A stretch of DNA of 64,000 nt from Neocallimastix sp. 'constans' (GCA_050613775.1 JBODTK010000154.1:248001-312000), one strand, 5' to 3'; counted from the first letter of the stretch, positions 14,432 through 42,135 are shown. The notes: generated by a model not told the origin, from the letters alone. Numbers and translations are program-made.

Positions 14432-15471
14432 TTACTTTCCAACAGTCATCATTTTAACTTCAAAGATCTAAAATATTTACATTTAATACATAATAAATTT
14501 AAATAGTAATATTATTAAATAACAATTAATTTGTAGTGGTAAAGAATTGTTTAAATGAAATAGGATAATTATAATTATCAATATGATATATTTATATATA
14601 TATATATTTTTTAATATATCAATAATTAGAATAAAAAATAATAAGAATAAAAATTGTTAATAAATATTATTATTAAAATATATAATATATAAATAATGAT
14701 AAATAATATAATATAATGTTATATTCATTTCTGAAAATAATAATTAATAATAATAAAAAAATAATAAATAAATAAAAAAAAAAAAAAGGCAAAAAAAAAT
14801 TTAAAAATAAAAAAAAAAAAAAAAATATTTAAATACTTACAAGAGTAGAGTTTGGTGGAATATCTGGTGGAGCACCACGAGAACCGTAGGCTAAGTTAGA
14901 TGGAATAGTTAAACGACGAACACCACCAACGTTCATACCGTTAACACCAAGATCCCAACCCTTAATAACTTCACCCTTACCAAGGTTGAATTTAAAGACA
15001 GCACCCTTAGTATTTTGATCGAAAACTTTACCATTCTTGGCTAATCTACCAATGTAACGAACACCAACTCTCTTACCGGCCTTAGCCTTAGCACCAGTAC
15101 CAACAGTAATATCTTCAATAACTAAACCATTTTGAAGAGTCTTCTTCTTTGGAGTCTTTTCAGTAGCAGCTGGTTCTGCCTTCTTTTCAGTCTTTTTTTC
15201 AGCCTTAACTGGGGTTTTCTTTTCAACCTTCTTTTCCTCCTTAGCAGGAGCCTTCTTTTCTTCCTTAATAGTAACCTTCTTTTCAACCTTCTTTTCAGCC
15301 TTCTTTTCAGCCTTCTTAGCAGTAGCCTTCTGGAGATATAATTAATTAAAAATATGTAAAAAAAGAAAAAAAAAAATTTTTTTTTTATTAATTTTCATTC
15401 ATTATAATTATTTTCTTTTATTCATTTAAATATAAATAGAAATAATATATATATATGATAAGTGAAATTAT

Positions 15472-15506
<35 letters not shown>

Positions 15507-15667
15507 ACAGTAAAATTTTTAATATTTCAATAATTTCATATTTTGAATAATGTACTTTTTTTTTTTTTTTTCACTTTTATTTAATTTTTAATTTTTAAAT
15601 TATTTTCCAAATATTTATAATTTACTATAATTAATATAGCTCATATTTAATAAATTATTATTTTTTA

Positions 15668-15698
<31 letters not shown>

Positions 15699-17798
15699 TG
15701 TTTTGTTAACATTTGTTAACATTTCATTTGCTTCCATTTTAAATTAATTTTTTTCTTTTTTTTTTTTTAAAAAAAAAAAGGAAAAAAGATTATATTATAT
15801 ATAAATAAATAACTATGGATATATATAATACGAATAATATTTCTTGCAAGATAATATATCCAACATCCTGCTACTCAATTTTTTTATCATATATTTTTAT
15901 TATTATTATTTTTTTTTTTTTTTTTTACTTTCATAACATTATAATATAACATGATCTTTCAATATTAATATTTAAATAAATACTAAAAAAAAAAAGGTAA
16001 AAGAAAATAAAAGAGAATTCCAATTCAAAAACATTGAGAGTATAAGAAGATAATTATTTCTTTATGATTAAAAATTATTTAATTTACCTTAGCTTCAGCC
16101 TTTAATTCTATATTATTTATATATAAATTTAATAATGAAAAAAAAAATTTTTTTTTTGTTATTTTAATATTTTTTTTAAATAAATTTAAAATATGAATAT
16201 TAATTTTATATAATTTATACCTTCTTCATTTTCTTCTTCTTCTTCTTCTTCCTATAAAATTTTAATCAATATATATATATATATTTTCGATTAATAATTT
16301 TTTTAAAAAATATTTATATATATAAAAACAATACAAATATTTAAACATTTAAATAGGCATACTTCATCTTCATCTGTATTATATATTTTTAAAATAATAT
16401 TTCAATATACGATAGCAAAAAAAAAAAAAAAATAATATGAATATTTTAATTGAATTTTGATTTTTGATTTTTTTTAAAAAAAAATATTAAAATATTGAAT
16501 ATATTATTGGTAAATACCCATAGCATCCCTATTTTGATTAAATAATGAATATATATAAGTCGTCTAATTAATATATTTATTTATTTATTTATATATTTAT
16601 ATAAATATTATATCTCAATACTAACAATTCTTCATCATCTTCTTCATCTTCATCATCATCAAGCATTTCATCAACATCGTACATACCACTTAAGTAAATT
16701 GGACTATTATTTTTTTTAAAACATTTTAAATATATAAATTTTAATTTAATTATATATTTTATCATTATCATTATTTCTATTATTATTATTATTTTAATGA
16801 AAATAATAATAATATATATTAACAATTATATAATATATAATTAAATTATTATGAAATTTACCCGTTACCAACACTGTGGAAAACAATTTCTTCTCCTGGT
16901 GAGAAAACAAGATTTAAGGATTGTTGTTCATTCTTTTAATAAGTAATATTTATATATTTATATATTTACATATATATATATTTTTTTTTCATTAATCAAC
17001 ACATATATTTTTTCCTTGAATTCTTAATTATATTATTATATCAAATTTGAAATTTATTTTTCATCTTTTGAAAATTTATCAATCCATAAAAAATTATCAA
17101 ATTTTTATAAATATTTACTTGACCAAAGTTAAGAGAACAAAGCATATAATCTTGGTCTTCAACACGAACGAAAAGGCAATGTCTACCAAGAATTGGTTCT
17201 TGACCAAGACAAGCCTATAATAAAAATTTTATTGATTTAAAAAATTTATCAAATAAAATTAAATTATTATTGATTTAAAATTTTTTTAATTGAATTTAAA
17301 AATAAAATATAATCTTAATTTAATCCATATAATATGTAATATTTAAATAATATTTTATCATAACACTTACCATAGTAACCTTGAATGGGTATTCGACTTT
17401 TTGTGAATAAGTCTTACCTGGCATAATTTTTAAACCTAAATATACATTGTTTTTTTTTTTTTTATAAAAAAAATATTTAATAATAAATCTTGGTTTAAGA
17501 CTGGTAGATAGATAGTTCCATTTCTATTTTAAATTTTTCTTATTAAATCTATTAAATATTTCTTTTAAAAAATTTTATTGTATGTTCATATATTTTTTGT
17601 TTAACATGTTTAACACCATCTCAATTCAATAATATTTCTAAAAAGTAAATGGAGAATTCAATTTTCTATCATCAAATATAAAAAAAAATATAATATATCA
17701 TATTTATATTTTCCTTTTTTTTTCCTCTTCCATTATATTATATAAATTTTATATTTTATTTTAATTATATTTTAAATAATTATTTTACCCCAGAACAT
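14432..17798 (-). CDS. Nucleoplasmin-like-domain FKBP peptidyl-prolyl isomerase (Fpr3/Fpr4/FKBP39-like), about 10-11 exons
   Basis: Spliced translation: [32 protein letters not shown]...[34 protein letters not shown], an acidic tract and a Lys-rich tract. The FKBP domain ([29 protein letters not shown]...[45 protein letters not shown]) lies at ~14841-15135, and the last exon [11 protein letters not shown] at 14432-14467. Confidence 0.92.
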
Positions 17799-18116
17799 CT
17801 TGATTTCAATTAAAAATAAATTAAATTATAATAATAAGTTAGTGTACTATAAAATTAATTTTTATTATAATATTTTATTTATTTTTCCTTCTATTTCTCT
17901 AAAAAAAAAAAAAAAAAAAAAATTTTTTTTTTATCTATTAAAGAATTAAATCAGAAACAGACCAATCATCATTTGGTGTATAAAAAACATATTTACTCTA
18001 TTTTTTTATTTTTTCTTCTTCTGAAAATTTCTGAACTCTAATATATTATTTTTGATTTTTGATTTTTTTTTTTGGCAAAAGAAAAAAAATTAATAAACAT
18101 AATTATTCAACTTTTT

Positions 18117-18187
<71 letters not shown>

Positions 18188-18940
18188 TTATATATATGAT
18201 TAGATAATAAAAATTGTTTTATTAATAGGAATCTGATATTTTAGTAAATATTTATATAAAAATAAAAAATAATGTTTTACCATAAACTCTATTAGTTATA
18301 ATATATTATTTATTTTATAAATATTATTAACATTTTTATTATAAAAAAACAATTTTATTAAAAATTAATACGACTTTTTAATATTAAATAATAATAATAA
18401 ATTATGTGTATTTTTCTTTATTATTTTTAAAATTTAAATAAAAAAAAAAAAAAGCACTAAGCAAAAGATTAAATTAAGATAAAGATGATTGTAAAAGTTG
18501 TTAGTAAGTTTAAAAATAAGATTAAAATAATTGTTTGAAATAAAATAAAAATGATTAAACTTTAATAATTGATTTTAACAGCTAAAAAATCTTTTTTTTT
18601 CTAGATTATTAGTTGACAATATTTTATATATAATTTATATTAAAAGTATATTTTTAACCCTAATCCACATTTTTAATTATTATATTTTATTTTGTATTTA
18701 GTATAATGTATACGTTTTTAAATAAAATATAAATTAAAAATTCTTTTTAATAAAAAAAAATTTTTAAAAGATTTTAATTCTTTTTTATTTTGTTAAATTA
18801 TTATAAATTATATGAATTAAAAAAAAAAGTTATATAATTTATATAATTTAATTTGAAATTTCAAAAAAGTATGACATTTTAATTTTTATAAATATTAATT
18901 TAAGAAAAATCGATTTAATTAATCAATATTTAAAATAAAT

Positions 18941-27306
<8,366 letters not shown>

Positions 27307-27552
27307 CTAACAACTTTTGTATAAATAATAAAAACTGAATAATAAAATTTATAATACAGCATTTTTTATTATTATTACTTTTTATTATTATTTATTATTT
27401 TTTTTTTTTATTTTTTATTTTTTATTTTTTTATTTTTTATTTTTTATTTTTTATTTTTTATTTTTTTATTACATTTTTTATGGTTTTTCATTTATCTGTA
27501 ATTTTATTAATTTAATGTACTATATTTTATTACCGCCTTAATAATGATAATA

Positions 27553-27590
<38 letters not shown>

Positions 27591-27692
27591 GAATTATCTA
27601 CAAAAAATAGAGTTGATTAATTATTTAATAATAGAAAGAAATGCTTTTTATATAAAATTTTTATTTTAGTTGAGGTTTGATTTTGTTACGAT

Positions 27693-28898
27693 TTACTCAT
27701 TGTATGATTTAGCAATCATACCCTCTGGTGGTTTACATTCTACCTTTCCATTTTTAACCTCATCCCAATTAGTACTTAAGCAAGTACCATTACTTTCAAT
27801 ATAACTTTTCATCATAGCTCTTTTAGTTTCATCACTTGCATCACGATAAATTTGTTGGAATAAATTATTTAATGCAGCATCACCTTCTGGTTTTTCATCT
27901 TCAATAGATTTTTCTAATGAATCCCAATCATACTTCTACAATAATGATATATACATATATATATATAAATATATTTAATAATAATATAAATAAAATAAAT
28001 AAATAAATAAATAAATAATCATTTTAGTACTTCATTTTATCAATATTCAAAATTTAATAAATAATAATGTTTTTTTTTTTTTTTTTTTTTAATAAATTAT
28101 TAAATATAAATAACAATAATATCTAATAAAAAATAATAATAATAATAATAATAAAAATAACCTTCTTTGAAGATGATGGATATGATGGTTTATTGGCATC
28201 ATTTAATGTAGTAACTTGTGCAAGATTAGTATCATCTTCACCTTCTAATACTGACCATTTAATACCAGTAACCTTTTTCTTTAATTTAATTTCAATTTTT
28301 GTACTTAAAACACTGTATTTACTTTCACCTGGTATGATTTCATGAGCCAAGGGATCTAAGTCAAAACAGAAATCAGAACCCGTTGGTAATTTTATTGTAA
28401 GAGAAAGAGCCCTATCTTCTAAATCAATAGATACAGTTTCAGGTTTAACTTTTTTTATAAATACAGATATAGTAACATAATTTTCATTTTGGAACCATTC
28501 ATGACGAACTCTTTGTGGTAATTGTTGTTGTTGTTGTGGTTGTGGTTCCGTTGAAGTTGACTGTTGTTGCTCGGTATTAGTTTTAATATTTGATTCTTCT
28601 TTTTTAAATAATGCTGGATTTTGAGCTTCTTTTTCAGCAATTTTTTGTCTCCATTTCTTCATTATTTTTTAATTTTTTAGTGAATTATTATGAAGTTTAA
28701 ATATATATTATTATATATTATATAATTTTGATTTAAAAGATAACAATAATTTAATAATTACAATTAAATTTTTTTTTTTTTTATTTTTGATTTATCAATA
28801 AAACAAATGGTTAGTTATATTAATAATTTTTTAACATTTTTATAATAAATTAAAAATATAAATATTTTATTTTTTTCTTAAACCATATATATTAATTG

Positions 28899-28934
<36 letters not shown>

Positions 28935-29277
28935 CCCTTACCTTTAAAATAGAATCATTCGGTATTAAAGTATTAGCAACTTCAAAATCATTTTTAGCTT
29001 CAACAAATAATTCATTTTCAAATTCAGAAATACCTTTTCTTAAATATGCTTTTGAAACAATTTTTTGATTGCCTTGTGAAATTTTAATAGCCATATCAGC
29101 ATCATTAATAGATTCCTTATACTTTTTTACTTTTTGATATGTAATACATCTTTTTAAAAAATATTCAGGTTTAGTACAATCACTTTCAATTGCTTTAGTA
29201 TAAAGTTCTAAAGCTTGTTCATATTCTTCATCAATAAATGCTGAATTAGCCTCATTAAATAATTCTGTTGCTGACAT
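27693..29277 (-). CDS. SGT1: SGT1 Hsp90 co-chaperone (TPR-CS-SGS), 3 exons
   Basis: TPR exon ([21 protein letters not shown]), CS exon ([12 protein letters not shown]...[12 protein letters not shown]...YPSSSK) and SGS exon at 27693-27936 ([44 protein letters not shown]). Confidence 0.95.
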
Positions 29278-29547
29278 TTTATTTTATAATCTTGGTTTTT
29301 AATTATGTAATTATTTTAGTTTAAGAAATGAGATGAAATTTATTTTAAAATATTAAACAATGAATAAAAATAATTTAATATTAAATATATATATATAAAT
29401 ATACATATAGATAGATTAATATATTGTTTATTATTGCACTTTTAAAAATTATTTCTTTAAATTTTACTTATAATATTAACTAATAGATAATTATAAATTT
29501 CAATATTTACATTTCTATATCGTATAAACAGCAATTTATGTAATTCT

Positions 29548-29583
<36 letters not shown>

Positions 29584-31892
29584 GTATTAAAAATATAGAA
29601 AAATGAATAAATTTAATAAATGATTATTTAAAAATAATTAATAATTAATGTATTGATAATTAATAATAATAAAAAAATTTTATTTATATCATAAATAATA
29701 TCAATTAAAATTTAAATATAATGGTAATTATTAATTAATGATTAGGATTAATTCCATATATCCATTTAATTTTTTTTGAACTTATAATCTAATCATTATT
29801 AAGAAAATGACTTATAAAAATTCATAAGTAATTATCTTTTATTTTATTATTCCATAAATTGATATTAAATATTAAATTTGAATATAAAACAAACTTTAAT
29901 ATATTATTATAGGTATTTTTAGTTTATTTAGTCATTACATAAAAAATTGAAAAAATGTATATATGATAATTAAACATGATAATTAGTTATTAATACTAAT
30001 ATTAATAATCATATATATAACTCATTATTAATATATTATTCCATTTTAAATTATTATAAAAATAATATCATTATCAATGATATTTATAACTTTAAAATTA
30101 ATAATAAGTAATTAGTAAACAATTACATAATAATTTTAAATGGAATAAGTCATTAGTAAACAATTTTATAGAATGAACTATTTAACATACTAAATTAAAA
30201 TATTAGCTAGTAGTTATTCCTAATTAATATATACTACAATAAAAGAATTTTTTGTAAAAATAAAAAGAAGAAAAAGAAAATAATAAAGTTTTTCATTTGA
30301 TCTACATTTTATTTTTTCTATTGTATTTAAAATATACGTTTTGTTACATTTTAATAATTATTTAAATAAAATAAAAAAATAATTAGTAATGGAAATGAAT
30401 AGAATGAATTTATTTTTTTTTCTTTTTTTTTTTAAATCCATTAATTTAAAATTTTAAATTCGAAGATTTATTGAATAAAAATTAATTTAATAAATAATTT
30501 AATATATTATATGAATTTATTTTGATTACTATTCTACCTTATATTATTTAATTATAATAAGTAGTTATTAATTATTTTGATAATTTAATGATTATAATAA
30601 ATAAATACATAAATAATAAATACATAAATAATAAATAATAAATAAATAAATAAATAATAAATAAATAAATAAATAAATAAATACATACATACATACATTA
30701 ATAAATAAATAAATAAATAATAAAAATTAAAGTATATATAAATAAATTTTATAAATAAAAAGTTTTTATATTTTTTTGCTAGTACATTCTATGAAATTAT
30801 AGAAATAAAATGTGGCGTATTTCTGAATTATTTATTAATCGATATTATGTAATACTTGATATATATTTAATGTGGCTTATATAATTTTAGAAATATTCAT
30901 TAGAAGAAATATAATAGTTTTTATTTTTAATATTTTTGCTAGAAATGGCTTTAACTAATATAAATTTTCTATTAATAAAAATAAAACATCCATATTTATA
31001 TTTTTATGTATTTATAGAATATACCGAATTATTTAATAGGATGATATAAATATACTTTAAAAATTATTTAATATTAATTAATATTAAAAAAATTTTATTA
31101 AGGAATTAGAAATATTTCAGATAGAAGAAAAAGGAAAAAAAGAATAAATTATTAAAAAAAAAATATATATATTTTTTTCTTAAAACTTCTTTACCTTTAA
31201 TATATAAAGAGCGTTGTTGGTTTTTTTTTTTTTTTTCTTCAGTTTTATTTTAATTAAACTTTTTATTATAAATTAGACTATTAAGTTATTAATATAAATA
31301 ATTAAAAGCGAAATATTCGTTTAAACAAACAAAAAATAATATTTTTTTCTTGATACCAAATATACCTTAATATTGTATATAAATTTTATACCTATTAAAA
31401 TATACCAAATTTACATATCTTAAAAAAAGTATATTATAAAAAAGAACAAAGAAAAACAAATATATTAAAACTATCTCTCTATTTATTATATTTAAAGTAA
31501 ATATATCTTATTATTATATTTTTATAAGATTATAAATATAGTAGTAATAAAATTATTTTTTTTTTGGGAATAAAAAGTAAAATAAAGTTTTAATATAGTT
31601 TTAGAATATTGTATTTATAATTTATTAGTATAGTAATATTATTAAAAACTGAAATATAAGGAATAATTATTTATAATATATTATTACATTTGAGTTTTAT
31701 ATATTTTAAGTTAAAATAATAGTTCAAAAAAAAAAAAAAATAGTTAATATTTAAATTAGCATTTATATTTAATAAAAGTCAAAGTATTAATCAAACTTAT
31801 TTACATTTAATTATTTATATTTATAGTTAATAATATAAGCGAAGTAAACTTTTTTTTTAAATATATCGAAATAAATAAGCAATAAAATAAAA

Positions 31893-33214
31893 ATGGGAAA
31901 GGACTACTATCAAATTTTAGGTAAATAATAAATAAAAAGTATAATATTATAAAGTTATAATATTATTATGTAAATAATATTATAATATCTTTTGTTCCTT
32001 TATATTAATATTAAATGTTTTATATTTATGTATAATAAAATAGGTGTTCCAAAAAATGCTGATGATGAAGCATTAAAAAAAGCTTACAGAAAGCAAGCCT
32101 TAAAATGGCATCCAGATAGAAATCCAAATAATAAAGAAGAAGCCACTAAAAAATTCAAAGAACTTGCCGAAGCATATGAAGTAAGTTATTTTATTTTTTT
32201 TAAATATCTATTATTACTACTATTAAATATTTAATAAATATATATTAAAACTTTTTTTTTTTTTTTATTTTTTTAATAATCTAAAACTAGGTATTATCTG
32301 ATAAAAATAAAAGAGCTATATATGATCAATTCGGTGAAGAAGGCTTAAAGGGTGGTGCAGGTGCTGCTGGAGCTCAAGGTTTCCCTGGTGGTACATTCTC
32401 ATTCACAACATCTCCTGGATTTAGTTTCTCATCCACTGGTTTCCAACCAAGTGATGCAAATGATATCTTTAGTAGCTTCTTCAAGAACTTCAGTTTTGGT
32501 GGAAGTGGTGGCAGTGATTTCAATTTCATGGATATGGATACTGATTCACATAGATCTAGTGGTGGAAGTATGCCAAATATGGGAGGCTTCTCTGGCTTCT
32601 CTAATATATTTGGTAATGGCCCAAGTGGTATGAATGGAATGAATATGAATATGAATATGAATGGAATGGGTCAACCTGAAAAGGTTGTGACTAGAAAATT
32701 ACCATGTTCATTGTCTGATTTATATAATGGTACTACTAAAAAGTTAAAGATTACTAGAAACAGAGGTGGTGTACAATCACCAAAGATTATTAGTATAAAT
32801 ATTACTCCAGGTTGGAAGGCTGGTACTAAGATTACATATTCAGGTGAAGGTGATGAATTACCAAATGGTCAATATCAAGATATCGTATTTATAATAGAAG
32901 ATAAACCAGAACCACATCCAACATTTAAACGTGAAGGTTCAGATTTACGTATTAATTTACAAATAGAATTATCAGAAGCAATTGGAGGATTTAGAAAAAC
33001 AATTTCCCATATGGATGGTCATCAAGTTATTATTGAAGGTGGTCAAGGAAGTGAAGTTGTTTGCCCAGGTCAAATTATAAGAGTTAGAGGAGAAGGAATG
33101 CCAATTAGTAAATCACCAGGTAAAAAAGGTGATCTTTTAGTAGATATACATATTAACTTCCCAAGAAGACTTTCACCTGAAAATAAAAGAGCTATTGCAA
33201 ATCTTCTTAAGTGA
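31893..33214 (+). CDS. SIS1: Class B Hsp40/DnaJ (Sis1/DNAJB-like), 3 exons
   Basis: [36 protein letters not shown] (HPD motif), G/F- and G/M-rich region, C-terminal [13 protein letters not shown]...GEGMPISK; no zinc finger. Confidence 0.9.
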
Positions 33215-34858
33215 ATCTGATGTCCTAAAATAAATTGAAAAATATTACTATTTTTCGAGAAGATTAAGAAAATAAATATTAAAAATAATTAATTATCTAT
33301 TTATAATTATTTTTAACAACATATTTATTATTATTTAAAATATTTATTATCATTATATCTTCTTATCCATTTCAAAAGTTAATTAAAAAAAAATAAAAAT
33401 AAAATAAAAAATAAAAACAAAACAAAAACAAAATAAACAAACAAACAAAAAAAAAGAACTTAAAAACTTATTTTTAAATAAAAAAACAAAACAACAAAAA
33501 CAAAAAAAAATATTAAATTAATAAGCAATTATATTATAATAGAATCAATATGTTTATAAAAAAATAATTCATAGTATTATTTTTTAACAAAAAATTAATT
33601 AATAATTAGTGATAAAATTAAATATAATTAATGAATAATTATATTTAATTAATATATATTTTATTACAAATTAATAATCATCATAATTAAAAATAATAAT
33701 AATAATATTAATAAATTATTATTATTATTTTATGTTATTTTATTTATAATTAAACTCAAATTTTCTTTTTTGGAGTATAAAAATTTTAATACAACCTTTA
33801 GAATTGTTTTATTTATTTATCTATTTTTTTTCTATAAAATAAAATAAAATAAAATAAACAAAATAAATAAAAAACAAAAACAAAAACAAAAATAATATAA
33901 TATATGTGTTTGTTATAATATATTTATCGTATTATTATCGTATTATTATAAGAAAATATGATTTATATCATATTTCTTATTAATAATGTTATTTCATCTA
34001 TATTCGTATAATTAATTAGAGTCTTGATGAATAAATTACAAATTATTTTGAAGTTGATGTTAACAAAAAATTTCTCTTAGAAAATTTTAATTACGGCTTT
34101 AAAAAAAAAAAAATTTTTTTTGAAAGATTAAAGGTGTAATAATATAATTTTTTTTTTTTTTATAGACAGGGAAGAGAATGTACTTCCATAAATTTATTAT
34201 CTTTATTATAAAAAAAAGATGTAGGTGAAAAGTACATATTAAATTAAAAATAAAAATAAAAGTTAAAAAATAAAAAATAAAAAAGCTCTGAAATACTATG
34301 TATTTCGGCAAGTTGTACTCTGTGGGAAGATATAATTTTATTTTATTTTATTCTATTCTATTTTATTTTATTTTATTTTATTTCTTAATTCTTTTTATTC
34401 TTTTTATTTTTATTTTTATTTTTTTATTTTTTTTTAAATTTTTAATACGTTTTTATATATATTATTACATAATAGAAATTATAATTAATCTAATGAATCA
34501 ATATTGATATACTTAAATTATATATTATTAATTAAAACTAAATTAAAATTTTGTTAATAAAATATCTATTTTTATTTTTATTTTTATTATTATTATTATT
34601 TTTTTTTAATATATATTTTTGTTTTTATTTTTGTTCTTGTTATTTTATTTTTTATTTTATCATCATCATCATCATCATTATAATTAATATATAATAAAAT
34701 AATAAAAAAGAAATTTTGATAAATTAAATATATATATATATAAAAGTAATTTAAAAAAACATTAAGAATTTTTTTTTTTTTTTTTTTAAAAAAAAGATTT
34801 TATTATTGATAGGAATATAGTATATATTAAAAAATTAATAATTTGATTATTAATTTAT

Positions 34859-34915
<57 letters not shown>

Positions 34916-34957
34916 CTATTTTTATTTTCTATATTTTTTTTTTTCTATTTTTTTTTC

Positions 34958-35017
<60 letters not shown>

Positions 35018-35224
35018 TTTTATTTTATTTTGTTTTATTTTATTTTATTTTTATCTTTATTTTTATTTTTATTAATTTACTTTTACTATATTACTGATTT
35101 ACATAATATAAATATTTAATTATTATTTATAATACCTTTTTAAAAATAAAATATCATTATTGATTAAATCTAAATTATTAAATTTAATTAAAATAAAAAT
35201 AATGAAAATAAAATTTTATGACTA

Positions 35225-35259
<35 letters not shown>

Positions 35260-35360
35260 TTGATAATAATTATTGAATATACCATATGCTAAAAAAAAGT
35301 TAATCAAATAGTAAAATATAAACAAAATTAAATTTGATATATATATATATTTTATAATTT

Positions 35361-39409
<4,049 letters not shown>

Positions 39410-39584
39410 CTTCCTTAAATTTGTAAATTAATTTATAGTATTGAAAACTATGATTTTAAAATATACTGTGTCATATAATTAAATTTTCTTGAAAGATTTT
39501 ATTTTATTTTATTTTATTATTTCTTATTATTTATAATTATTTTTTGCTTTATTTGTATTTATTTATATTTATATTTTTATAAAG

Positions 39585-39619
<35 letters not shown>

Positions 39620-39777
39620 ATAATTAATAAAATTTAAAATATTTTTAAATTGAAATTTATAAATTGAGATTTAGTAATATATAATATGATATAACTAATA
39701 ATTTACATTTAAAATTATTTTAAAGATATTAATGTAATTATTTCAATATATTAATAAACTATTGTTATTTTAATGGA

Positions 39778-39816
<39 letters not shown>

Positions 39817-40081
39817 TTTTTTTTTTTTTTTTTTTATTTTTTTTTATTATTTCATATAAAAATAGTATAATATATATATATAAATTATTTATCGATAATT
39901 AATACGTAAAAAATGAAGTTAATTTTTTAAATTACAGTTATAAGGTACTTTTAAATTTGACTTTAGATTACATAGATTATAAAAGAAAATATATTTTATT
40001 ACTACTACTACTACTTATTATTCATTTATTTCATTCCCCTTTATTATAAATATTTACATATAAAAATTAACATTTGCTGAA

Positions 40082-40128
<47 letters not shown>

Positions 40129-42135
40129 TAAAAAAAAAAATTACTTCGATTTTATTACTTAGAGATAAGAATATGTTATAATATTGATAATTCAATTGTT
40201 TATACTTTTTATATAAAATACTTATATACAGAATATATATCCAGAATTTTATTATATAATTGTTTTACAAAAAAAAAAAAAAGAAAAAAAAAGAAAAAAG
40301 ATAAATATTTAAATATGTATAATTCTTTTATTCATTAAAAAAAAAAAAAGATTTCTATTAACTATATTTTTTCAATTTTTATATTAATTTAATCATGTCA
40401 TTTTTTTTTCCTTTTTTATTATTTTTAATAATAATATTTGTAGTTATTTTTATTATTACATGAATAAATAATAAAAATATAAATTTTATAACAAAGATAA
40501 GAATAATAAAAATAATAAAAAACTTTTTGTTTTTAATTAAAATATTATATAATTATTAATCAATAATAATTTACATTTTAATTAATATTTTAATAGTACA
40601 AATAGAACCTTATATTTAATATAAAAGTATTATTCATAAAATATATTAATTAAAGTTAATTAATGAAATATGTAATAAATAAAAGTTAATTTATAAATTA
40701 ATAATAAAATTATAATAATTATAATTTTGTAATATAATTTTGAAACCAAACAAAATAAAAAAGTAATAAAATAAAGAAATAAGGAACTTCCATTATATAT
40801 TTTTCGAAAAAAAATGGGAATTATTTATATTTATATAAATTATTATATATTTTTATTTGAATATGAAGAAATAATTTATTATTTATTTATTACTTATTTA
40901 TTATTTATTTATTTATTATTTATATGTTTACTATTTATATTTTTATTTGTATATTTATTATTTATTTATTTATTTTTGAAGAAGATTTAAATTAATACAT
41001 GCATAAAATTAAAGTTTTTTTTTTAATGAAAATAATTAAAAAGATATTATTTAATTCGTAGTTCCTATTTTGTCAATTTAATTAAATCAATATTATATTT
41101 ACATAAATCTATGTGAAATATTTGAAAATCACGAATTTAACAATTATAAATATTGTAAAAAAAAATCTTAATAATAATTTTAAAAATTATTTAGATATAT
41201 TTTATAGACGTACTAAATTTGACTAGAAATTAAGTCAATAAAGATCATAATGCTTTTATTATTAATCTAAATGTTATTATTACATACTCATGTTCTTAGA
41301 AAAAAGTATGATCATCCTTAAAAAATCGAAATTAATAATAGAAACTTTTCAATTGGAAATTGTATCATTTATTAAAAAATTTTGTGATAATCCAATAATA
41401 ATGAAATTTAATTTCAATAGATACCACTGTCATGATAGTTAATAGAATCTCTGGCAAAAATAATATAATTATTACCATTTTTTAAGCTACTATCTATTGA
41501 TACCATTTCAACTATATTTATATTGAATTTCTGATTGTCTGTATCATAAATATTTGCAATCTTTTGGTATTATCCATTAGTATTAATTTTATCTTTTAAT
41601 TTAATCTATCCTGAATTTTAAAAACAATATCGATTAATTACATTTTTTCTATTTATTAACATATAATTCAAAAATTTAAAATATATTTTTTTTTGTAAGA
41701 AAAAAAAAGGAATAAAAAAATAAATAAAAAAAATAAAATAATTATAACAAATTAAGTCATCAAAATTATTTTTATTTTTATTAAATATTAATATTATAAC
41801 CTGTTCTTTAGAGTAAAATTTAATTATTATTATAGTAATTTAAACTTAAAACTTATTATTCAATTATTATTAATATTTTTTTAATTGTTATTTTTTAATA
41901 CATATACATATATATATATATTCTACATTTTTTTTTTACGTTATCTATTTATTAATTTATTAATTTTTATTTTTTTATTCTTATCTTAATTATTATTATT
42001 ATTATTTTTTTTTTTTTTTTTTTTTTTGATTAATTATTAAAATATTAAGCAAAAATATTTTTGACTGTTATGTCAGTATGTCATAATTTAAATATAATTT
42101 AAATAAGTGATTACTTGTTTATTATTTTAATTATT

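Noticed and set aside
30780..30910. Heat-shock elements between SGT1 and SIS1
   Set aside because: GAA/TTC triplets are present but not in correct nGAAn spacing, and are expected by chance at this AT content.
41050..41620. Higher-complexity stretch resembling decayed coding sequence
   Set aside because: Stops in the frames examined and no recognisable motif; cannot be assigned.
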